Source: Zygophlyctis sp. KS116 (Eukaryota > Fungi > Chytridiomycota). Taken from it: a stretch of DNA of 32,000 bases. The stretch's first letter is position 1. Each line of letters starts with the position of its first letter. The stretch is from positions 30,001 through 62,000 of the forward strand of contig BAAFSQ010000016.1 of NCBI GenBank assembly GCA_054661495.1, read 5' to 3'. Below the pieces are notes generated by a model. The model saw only the letters and a list, made by a program, of their open reading frames with translations. It was not told the origin of the DNA and made no database searches. This document shows positions 22,301-32,000 of the stretch, piece by piece. The position numbers and the translations under genes are program-made.

Positions 22301-23232
22301 AGTTCTAATGATGACAAGATTTTTGTCATTTCAAGGGGAAATATGGCATTACATATATCCGGCCAGGCAGTAATTTTCATGGAGTTTCCCGTATTTGTTG
22401 TAGGAGATAATATAGAGCCTTTAGGAGTGCTATCTTCCGTCTGATTCATATCATTTTGATTCATTCTTGGAAACTTTCTAAAGAATTCTTCGAGAAATAC
22501 GTCAGTAAGTTGATCCGGAATACAAAGTTTTGATGAAGAAGAAGAAATTTTGTCCTCATCTCTTAATTGTTCAATCGTATCAGCATGATGAGCCAGAAAG
22601 GATTTGGCAAAATGTGAATGAATACTTTCTACCCTATAAGTTGGCAACTTTTGTCGAATTGTTTCAGCCCAAGTTCTCCAAATTGAAACCGGCTTATTTT
22701 CAGGTTTTTTCTGAAATTTTATATTTATATAAAATACCTTTTTTGAAGCAGGAGAGTTCTTTTTTTTAGGAGTAATTTGAGTTATCTTTACCATTTGTCG
22801 TTTTAACCAACTGATAAAAGGATCAACAAGCCTTGAGGGTATTCCATATTCCTGATTCGGCAGTTGAAGCTTCTTAATTTGATCAGAATCTAACTTTAGA
22901 CGCAAGAAATCCAAGACACTTTCCTTGAGTTGCTGCTTCTTCCGCAGCGTCAAATCATTAAATGCATTAGCGAAATGCTTGATCACCAAATCCTTCCAAT
23001 AAATTTGATCATTGTTAGCAGGCTTTTTTAACTTCTTTGCCTTTGCTGGTTCAACATTTCCTAGTTTTCTTTTTTTTGAATTTTTCTTCAGGATCTGGAT
23101 CTCTTCCTTCTTTTTCTCTATTATTCCTTCAAGCGATGACAATTCTCTGTGGAGCTCAACAAGCTCTTCTAGGCCATCCAAATATCGTTGTTGGAAAGAT
23201 CCTGTAGCGCATGAAGGTGCAACTTTAGTCAT
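19396..23232 (-). CDS. Novel family member G: coiled coil + 5 modules, with internal repeats (possibly a fusion of two paralogues)
   Basis: FQQRYLDGLEELV. Modules: IYWKDLVIKHF...YGIPSRLVDPFISW, RTWAETIRQKLP...LCIPDQLTDVF, TAWPDICNAIF...TFGIPISLESQFMGWF, RYNSILLQLMP...TLGIPANLEQSF and RYTRLILSIMP...TLGIPKMLESSFNEW. Introns at 20950..20924, 20292..20268, 20021..19997 and 19682..19655, plus probable in-frame introns at 22737..22711 and 21464..21435. Confidence 0.75.
19902..20410. repeat. Intragenic tandem duplication, period 271 bp, including a 25-nt intron in each copy
   Basis: tgatcat at 19902/20173 and gccaaaat at 20131/20402. Both copies encode ILAFEKNTAANKD..IIEEQENDDDLIIINT.TPKSIKC. Confidence 0.93.
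21206..21403. repeat. 18-bp coding minisatellite, ~11 copies (SNEVVE hexapeptide)
   Basis: Degenerate acttcatttgactcaaca units translate as VESNEVVDSNEGVES...KSNEVLELNEG. Confidence 0.9.
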
Positions 23233-23247
23233 TTAATCAGTCAGAAA

Positions 23248-23288
23248 CGCGAAAAGCACACGAAAAGCACACGGTTAAGCACACGAAA
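23248..23288. promoter_or_regulatory. Cluster of three SCB-type elements (CRCGAAA) embedded in AAGCACACG direct repeats upstream of gene G
   Basis: CGCGAAA at 23248-23254, CACGAAA at 23259-23265 and CACGAAA at 23282-23288. Confidence 0.55.
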
Positions 23289-23359
23289 TTTTTGACTCAA
23301 CTGATGACTGGTTGAACAGATTCTAGGTTCAACTAAACTGATGATTTATTTTACTTTTT

Positions 23360-26300
23360 CTATCCACCTTTTAAAATCTTATCAATCATTTGGTTAATAT
23401 ACTCTCTTTTCGGTTTAAGATCAACACCATTGAATTTAACAGATAGATTTTCACGAACCTGTTTCTTGGTCAGTGTCATGAGATCAGCAGTAGTCAGAAT
23501 ATTGCGAATTTCAGCGAGAATTTCGTTATCGCTCGGTAGAGCTGAAGTTTCTTTCATTGGTTGCATTGGAATAGATTGGGGACTGGGTTGAAAACTGTTG
23601 CGGTTCTGTATCGCAGCAGAATGTGAAAACATTGACATACGATTATTTGGTGAAATCGCTGCTATAGGCATTGATTTTTCAGTTGAAGATAGGCCTAAAG
23701 GAACTGAATTTGTAGATTCAGTTGCTGCGGATGTAGCAGATCCTACTTCCCATTGTTGATTAAGAGAAGCTTCATGTTCTTTCCAAGTTTTTAGAGGAAT
23801 TGATGATGGATCAAACTATTAATTTAATGATATTTTTATATATTACAGGCTCGGTATCTGCTAGATATAACATTTTCTTTCCTTCTCCAACTACTACACG
23901 GGTATTTCCCCATGAAAAATCATCAAAATGCCAAAAAGAATATATAGGAATCCAAAAACTAGAGTTAGCAAACTGATTGAAAGTTACGAAAATAATGGAA
24001 GTGCCAATATATAGAATAACATCCACATAATATGCTGCCATTCTCCCTTTAAGAGAAATATTATCACTATATATTAAAATTGTACTATTACCTTGAAGAC
24101 CATAAACTGCTGCAATCACAATAATAGAGATCAATGGAAAATTTTCTGTAGATGTAGTAACAGCGTATATCAAATATCCCAAGTACAAAACAGCTGCTGG
24201 TTGAATGAAGGTAGCTAACAAATCAATCATGACTACAAAACGCATGCTAAAGCAGCAGAATCCACAGAGCTGTCCCAAGCTCGTTAGTTCAATCAAATTA
24301 TGAACAGTAGAGTTAATCCATCGACGTCTTTGAGATAAAAGGACTGACCAAGATTCCGGAGCTGATGTACTACATCTGGCATCATTAATGAAGCAAGTTT
24401 TCATTTGAGGGAAATGTTTGAGAACCAATGTTGTCAGATATCTATCTTCTCCCAAGTGTAGAAGATTTTTTAAATGTAGTGTATCGACATTATTTTCGGC
24501 ATATTCTGAAAGAACTTCGTTAGAAACTAAAACTGGCATATTTTTTGCAGCAGAACGAATTCTATACATACAGAAACAACCGGGAAGACATGTAACTGTT
24601 CCAAACAGCGATTCAAATGCCTTCGATAAATTATGCGAAATAAAGTATTCATAAACCTGGATCATAGTCACCCAAGTCGTCTTATCGTTTGATATTTCCG
24701 TTTCCCCACACAAACCTACCACCTTTGAGTCATTCACCATATACGATATCATTCTATTTAAGGAATCAAACTGCACCTCCGTATCAGCATCCACCATAAG
24801 TACAAATTCATAGAAAGTTGGGTTCACACCAATAATATTCTTCAGGTGATGATAAAGTGTTATTTCCATAGGAGATAATCCTGAATTAAAGTGAACACGA
24901 TTGAAGAATCTCATAAGCACTAGTTGTGAATCTCTTTTTCCACGATTTCCCGGCTTGGTACGTTCTCCAGGTCCACCAACCTTAACAACAACAACAAATG
25001 GTACACTATGCCCCCTAATTTCATATAGTCCAGAGTAAATTTTAGCCATGTTATATTGCTTGTTTCCTTCTCCTATAGAATTGAAAGCTTGAGGTTCTGG
25101 ATCAATATTTGGGTCTACACCTAAAATATCCAATACAATCCGAGGAGTAGGGCGATCATTACCCGCCCCGACAATCATTCCATCGCAAACAACAAAAAGA
25201 AGTTTTCTTTTATCATCATAATTAAGGATCGCAAGTGATTCTAATGTCTTTGACAGCGAATCCTGTCCCTCGGTATAACAAGGAACCATCATGACTGCAA
25301 ATTTATCACTTTCGTCAGGCTCTATATGAGGCGAAAACCTTAATGCAGCTAAAAATTTAAATACAATGACAGAAGCAATAACAATAGATGCAGAAAGTAG
25401 CAAATAATTCGATAAAATACAGGACAAAGTATTTCGATTATCCAAAATGCCAACATAATAGAAATTATTCAAGCATCTAAGAGTGGCCCTAGCCAAAGAT
25501 CTCTCTAATTTCATGAATGCTTCCGTTGCATTTTTATTTCCTTTCGTGCTAAAGGCTTCCCTAAGACCCTTAAGATTATTATCAGCAGCCAAAAGCAAAT
25601 CAGCAGTTGTTGTATCATAAACGTTATTAAATATATAATAATAGTTCTAAAAAAATTAAAAACGCTTAACTTACCGGAGGTAGGCTTTCTTTTGACCAGC
25701 CAATATATCCTTCTGCATAGTTGTTCAATTTACCGATAACTTGAATTGAATTGCCATTACTTTCATTAAATCGATGCGTATAAGCCAAATCAGGCTGACG
25801 CTTCTTGATGCTATTCGTATCTTGAGGCAAATAATCCCAGGATGGATCTTGAGGTCTTTGTAAACTACAATAAGATCCAAAAGCATCCTGCTTATAAAAC
25901 AAACGGCTGACATCAACACCGAAGAACGCATCAAGATTATATTTGGCAATGTTCTGTTCCCCTTTAGCTGCTGCTGGAATGCTTAAATGAAAGTTTCTTA
26001 TCGGCTCAAAATTGTAGTAGCGACCATGTGAGCTTACCCATTTTGTGCCTTCCAATTCAACGGATGACTTTATATTGAGAGGAGGACAGATTATATATCT
26101 TAAACCAATAATCAGAAAGATTAGAGATGCATTCATTAGAAAAATGATGATGCAGAGTGCTAACTTCTCCCTCCATGCCATACGAATATCCGGTCTTTTC
26201 ATTTTTCCACAAAAAATCAAGAAAGGTGAAAATACCCACCAAGTAAGAGCCCATGTAATACAAACCCATGTTTTTCTCTTTTTAGAAACTTTAGAAACAG

Positions 26301-28790
26301 ATGCTACAGTTCCTGCTTGCTTTTTTGATTCGCCTGTTTGTTTTGAAATAATATCTTCCCGGATTGTAAGCTTTCGTAATTTTTTAGAGTCTCCGAAATC
26401 AGAATCAACTTCCGAATGAATATCATCGTCATTATAAGCAGAGCCATAATCTGATTCGTTATCATGACTCGATTCCATGCTAGCTGATTTCGATTGGATT
26501 CTAAACCACTTCAGTTTCGAGTCTGACAAGTAAATCTGTGTCCTGCCAAGAATCATTTCATTTGCTCTCCAATGCAGTGATGCGGAAATGCGATCTAATG
26601 CGGTACCAATTCCCTTATTCATACTTTGGTATTTTGATACGACTGCCCCAAACTGTGATTCAAAACTTTCATAAGAAATTCCAGGGAAGGCGACATTAGC
26701 AAATGCACGGCTTGTGGCGATTGCCAGTATAGAAAACTCCTCAATTTTCCGCCTTAACAGAGATAGAGTCAACCTCTTTGCATTTTTTTCGAATGGGTTG
26801 ATGCAGAAAACATTGTAGACTTTAGTATGAGACAAGCAAACCATTAAGTCATCCATTGAATTAAGATGGCTTGATATAGTTGTCTCTTTGATAGCTATGG
26901 ATTTCTTATCATTGCCACCTTTGCGTTTCATAGAAGGATTTCTTTTTAGTGTAGAATTCAAATGGGCAGAAACTATGTTTCCTTTGTGTAATTCAGTCTC
27001 AACACCAGCTGCAGATGAAAATAAAGATGCCAAAAAGGCAGAAATGCTGATCATTGAATCATTTTCTTCACCTACAGATGCCATATCTCCTGTATTTTTT
27101 CGAAACAGGACGATAAAATCTGATGAAATTGTTTCAGTATTTTTGATTTGGAAATCATTAACCGAATATTCAACTTTGGCAAAGTTATGTCGAATACCAA
27201 AAACAAACTGGCTTGAAGATGAAGTACAGCGGGAAGGAGGAATGTAGACAGGATCCTTTGAAAAACGACTATTCAAAGCACTTAAAATCATTTCTGAAGA
27301 GTGGTTTGTGCAAGTTTCTTCATTTATAGCAGCCAATAATCCGTTAGGCCCAGTAAAAAAGTTCAAAATTGGGGAATGATCAACACACGATATTTCTGGA
27401 GGGTTTAGCTGTTCAGACTTAAAAACGGCCAGTCTAGACATAATCAACTTAGAATCCATAAACTGTGAGATCCTCTCGAATGAAATATTTGAGCAAAACT
27501 CATAGAAAGACAGAGGCCGTGTTTCTGATTCAATTAGGGCAGGAAAGTCTAGAATCCCAACAAAATTATCTACTGCGGTTTCTTCCTTACATAAACGATC
27601 ATTAACTCTTCCTAAGATCCAAGAGAAAAGATGTGAATAAAGAGCTCTAGCCAATTCATCTCGACGAGCTGTGCTCTCATCTAAATTAAGAATTTCTGAA
27701 CAGAATTCATTGCCAATCACTTTAGTCTTGAATGTCAACACTGACTGAAGAGCCGATTCTGTGACTCCTAACAATTTTGAAGCACATGAAAGGGTTTCAA
27801 TATTCTTAATTGTAGCGGGCTCTTCAGTATTCAAAGGATTCTCAACAAACTGTAAATTTCCTAAGTGCAGAATCGCGGCAACAACCTGAAAAATAAATGT
27901 TTGAATCCTCCTTCCTATCCCAATGGATTTTAAGTGCTCGCGTAACTCTCTCATGTTTTCAATATCTTGAACAGTAACAACTGTACCGGTCCCACCAAAA
28001 CCCATTTTCCGCCCTAATGTACCCCTTCGCTTTCCAGACTGCAAATAAGAGTAAAGGTTTGTATCCGATTCTAAAAACATTGCATTCCTTTCATCAGCTG
28101 ATAAACCTTTACGATCAATTAAAATGTTGTTTACCACCAATAACTTGATAAAAGATATTGAAATTTCTTTCACCATCAGGAAGCGACTGATAAGAAGTAA
28201 CTCTACTTTTTTCAAGCAAATAGTCCAAAGTCTTAACACCAACCATTCGGCCTGATCTAGAGAATTGATACTCAGAATATAATGCAAATCGTGAAGAATT
28301 AACACTGTTGAAAACTTGAGCATGTCCAAATGATTGTAAAATAGTTTGCATCTTGATGGCACCAGTTAAAACTTTGGAATTCTTTTTAGCATTTGTACTC
28401 AAAGCCACCAAGTGTTTAACTATTTGCTTTCTTGCATTGGATTTTCCCGATCCATTCCCTCCTCTTCATATAAGTCATTATTTAATCTTACCGCATCACA
28501 ATTGTTTGATCTTGTTGAGTATGAATCATATCCACAAATGCAGTACTAGTCAATTCTAGCAAATGAGCTGTGACATTCACATCCACTTTTTCTGGCATTG
28601 ACCATTTTTCATCAGCAGACTGAGCATAATACAATGAATCTTTAGAATCCAAATCTGATGAAGGATTAACTGCAATCAAAACATCTGAGCCGACCCAAGT
28701 ATATCTTTTCTTTGCTTCTAGCCTTGATGCAATGGTCCCTACTATTGAATCTATATCAATGCTAGTCAGATATGATATATCTTCGTTCAT
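23360..28790 (-). CDS. Division-2 chitin synthase with N-terminal myosin motor-like domain (class V/VII type) and C-terminal DEK_C
   Basis: Myosin motifs [32 protein letters not shown] and ILHLGN. TM segment [10 protein letters not shown]2 motifs [38 protein letters not shown] and [16 protein letters not shown] motif [16 protein letters not shown]. Confidence 0.96.
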
Positions 28791-29209
28791 TGTTCTTTAT
28801 TTGTTGAATGCGAACGCCACAATTTTGCCTCGGTTGAATTTCTTCTGTATATATAATGCATTATCCATCAGACATTAGAGATAAATTATAACTATCATGT
28901 GTCCTTTTCATTGATCAATGATGCTGTGGAAATATGAGTTTTATTATTCGTTTTTTTCTGATGGTAATTGGTAGATCAACCGGATAAAGATTGTTGAGTA
29001 TGCTTTAAGTCTATTCTAATCGAAGTTTCCATACTTTGGACAATTTAATTGATGGACAACGCATATTGGAAAAAGATCTTTTTAAGCTCACTGAAAGGAT
29101 AATGCCATTTCAAGTCTATTTAGGATTGAATGAATATATTTGCAAGTTTAATGGCCTAAAAAAATATCCCAGGGCGATTTTACTTTTTTCAATCAATTTA
29201 AATAGTTGT

Positions 29210-29249
29210 TTACGTCAGATCACAGCGCGTGAAATCCATATTGACGTCA
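29210..29249. promoter_or_regulatory. Two CRE-like bZIP sites in the divergent chitin synthase promoter
   Basis: TTACGTCA at 29210-29217 and palindromic TGACGTCA at 29242-29249, with GCGCGTGAAA between them. Confidence 0.4.
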
Positions 29250-29266
29250 GACAAATAAATATAATA

Positions 29267-32000
29267 ATGCAAGATATAACTACCGTATATCAGTCAGCAG
29301 AAAATTATTCAGTAGTCCACAATTATCAGTAACCGAATCATTTAAAATGCCAACGTAATAGAAATTATTCGCTGCCGATATCACTTTAGAGCCCAATTTA
29401 TTCCATCCCTAAAAACCAAAGAGAAATCCATCACCAGGATAAGGATATAGCATGTGAAACGCATATGAGGCCAAGGACGTCGGAATGCTGGGCAATTAAA
29501 TGAAACTGAGCGGCTGACTGCCCAAATTAAATTTAATGCAAGATCGGTACTGCTTACATACATCAAACTGCCTATTATCTTTACAACCGATAGATGGGAG
29601 TATATCAAAGGCACTAGAGGATTTTATTGGTAGAATCTTGGAGTTATCAGTCACAGATAAGGACGATCAAATAATACTTTTATTGTAATTACAATATTTA
29701 ATACGAAAGAGGGACATCAGGATCAGGAAAGACAAACACATTTAATAGTGTCAGGAACTTATTATTGGCGGATTCTGATTTGATTAAAGGTATTCGTGAT
29801 GCTGATTCAATTTTGAATGCATTCGGCAATGTTTATGAATCAGAGGATCATTTCAATGCATCTAAGTTTGGGAAATATGTAGAATATCAATTTAATTCTG
29901 ATGGTACATTTCTGGGATGCAAGCTTTTAGAATTTTTTCTACAAAAACATCAAATCTATTCTGCTCAGCCTTTTCATATTTTTAATCATTTGATTGCTGG
30001 AGCTACGCCAATTGAAAAACAGTCATGGTAATATCTATATTGATTACTTATTTTTTAGGGAACTCAATGATAATCATCGGTATTTGGGAGACAAGGAAAA
30101 GTCAAGTATCAAAACTGGATCTCATATAATTTTCAATGCTCTTAGAAAGCAATTGAAGGCAATTGGGTGTGGTCCTAGAATGCAACAAGGTCTTTTTCAA
30201 GTCATATCTTCTATTTTACATTTGGGAGATATCAATTTTGAAATTACCAATATTCAAGAAACTTGTAAAATAAAGAATCAAAACAAATGTGCAGTGGCAG
30301 CAAGACTTTTAGGCTGTAAAGAGGAGGATTTAAACAATGCACTGATTACTAAATCAACATTAATTGGAACAGAGAAGTGCTCCATTGTTCTTGGGACGTT
30401 TGAAGCTGCAAGACAACGTAATCAGCTCGCAGCTTTACTCTATTCTCTTATTTTTTCCTGGCTCGTGGATCAAATCAATAAAGCATACTGTGTACAGGAT
30501 GAATTGGTTTCTCAATTCGTTGGTGTTTTTGATTTTCCTGGAGTCATGCCCAATAGAACAATTGGATTTGGATTTGAACAGCTCTTGGTCAACTATATGA
30601 GTGAAAGTCTAGATTTTCTGGCGAAAATCAAACTTTGCGACAAACAATGGATGCTATATGATGAGAATGATCTTACAGATTATAGTTCAAGTCTGAAAAA
30701 AATTGAGGATCAATCAGATTTAATTGATTTGCTTGGAAGTGAAAATACTGGATTGTTGTCAAGATTTTACTTGAATAGGCCTACGTTTAAAGAACTGAAT
30801 GCTATGTCTCATAAAAATGTTCATTTAGTGCCTGATAGAAAGAGAAAGCTGCCCACGCACTTTGCGATTCGTCACTTTACAGGGACGGTTGACTACAGAA
30901 TAGCAGATCTAGATATAATATCAGATTCATTTATTGGGGCTGACTTTGTCTCTCTGTTTGGAAATTCAGTGAATTCTAATGGTTCACCAAATGTATCTTT
31001 TATACGGCAGCTTTTTAACAAGCGTTTGATTTCCCTTGAATATGATCCGCATTCACCTCGCACAGTTTTGAAAGCTAGTGCTTCATCCATGCCAAACAGA
31101 ACGCCGTCATACAAAAAACACAATGGGATCTCTCCCCAACCAGCTTCATATGAATCAGAAACTCCATTGTCTCCTCTGCTAGCCTCATTTAAGCTATTAC
31201 TTACTGTATCAATAGATACATCTTGTCATTCTATATACCATTTTGATGAAAAGAAAAAGGAAGATATACGTGGTATTTTTGGTGATTTTGGATTAGAAAT
31301 GATGAAAAAATCATCCTGTTCAAAGTATTTTACCTCTTTACCACACGCTGAATTTCTATATCGTTATTCCGAAACAAACCCGAGATTCGAATTGTCGCAG
31401 AGCTCAAAAGAAGAGTGTGAGCTTGCATGTCGGGAATTACAATGGGATAATGAAAAAGCGATTGCTGGAAAATTTCGAATTTTTCTAACTTATGATGCAT
31501 GGAAAGAAATCAGCGTAAAGAAGCTTCAAAAAGATATTGAAAAATCGCCTTTGGATATTTCTCAGAATTTGGACGTCATAGAAGACTGTGAAAGTGAAGA
31601 TCATTCTTTGGTAGATCCGGTAGATTCTTTTTTTCTTGATGACGAGCTAGCAATCGCCATTATTCCAGATATTGAATCAGGGAAGGCCCGAAAAACCAGA
31701 ATATTTGAGGACATCAAGCCCATCCAGCCCTCTAAATGGAAATATCCTCCAGGTATGTCGCTCCAAAGAAAAGTATGGTTTACTTGTACATGGATATTAA
31801 CTTGGTTTATTCCTTCTGGCTTAATGAAAGTTTTCAAGCATCATACACCAGAAGTAAGAATCGCATTTAGAGAAAAGCTAGCTTTATGCATCCTGATTTT
31901 GCTGTCATGCTCAATGATGCTTTTTTTTATAATTGGCGTTGGGCCTCTTACCTGCCCAAGTCAAAATGTACTTTCTGCTGGGGAGGTCTCAGCATATAGC
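29267..32000 (+). CDS. Second myosin-motor chitin synthase, 5' part (start uncertain; runs off window end)
   Basis: DQIILL-intron-GTSGSGKT, ILNAFGN, NASKFGKYVEYQF and FHIFNHLIAG. A long open frame from ~30059 to the window end (absent from the ORF track because it has no stop) contains ILHLG, LYSLIFSWLVDQIN, FDFPG, FAIRHFTGTVDY and RKVWFTCTWILTW...RIAFREKLALC. The first exons could not be resolved and the start coordinate is tentative. Confidence 0.88.

Noticed and set aside
21647-22444. 265-aa plus-strand ORF (also 21236..21475, 20564..20899, 23012..23236)
   Set aside because: Antisense shadow of gene G. The Ser/Phe-rich composition mirrors Glu/Lys codons on the coding strand, and there are no motifs.
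6986-23232. Interpretation of the family as Crinkler/secreted effectors, transposons or an integrated virus
   Set aside because: No signal peptides, LFLAK/HVLV motifs, transposase/RT/capsid motifs or terminal repeats were seen, and the genes carry host-type introns. A remote viral origin of the module itself cannot be excluded without a profile search.
24418-28559. Small plus-strand and alternate-frame ORFs within the chitin synthase
   Set aside because: They overlap a highly conserved gene and have no independent coding signal.
29036-29332. 98-aa ORF between the chitin synthases
   Set aside because: It starts at TTG, has no recognisable motifs and overlaps likely promoter elements. Only its 3' end (MQDITT) may be the first exon of the second chitin synthase.

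Overview
AT-rich, extremely compact eukaryotic DNA with tiny spliceosomal introns (about 22-33 nt) and intergenic spacers as short as 10-40 nt. It is most likely an early-diverging fungus (chytrid-like; this is inference). Recognisable genes are a CaMK-type kinase (partial), ELP4, EXO70, tRNA-Arg(UCG), a GH76 Dfg5/Dcw1-like protein and a head-to-head pair of myosin-motor chitin synthases. There are also two apparent pseudoenzymes: a thymidylate-kinase-like ORF, and a citrate-synthase-like gene lacking the GPLHGG catalytic His. The main unexplained content is a cluster of 7 divergent paralogues (6986-23232) plus a coiled-coil-only eighth member (2018-2503) of a family I do not recognise. Each has an N-terminal 'Y-x-x-KYI-x-x-LEE'-type coiled coil, K/R- and SP/TP-rich linkers, and 1-5 copies (about 22 in total) of a ~75-aa module W-x-D/E-h-h...FL...(T/Y)-h-G-I-P-x-x-L-x-x-x-F-x-x-W. 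Six terminal-type modules share a phase-2 intron at the identical codon. The first gene of the array is preceded by three SCB-type (CRCGAAA) elements. All gene models were spliced by eye and no database search was run.
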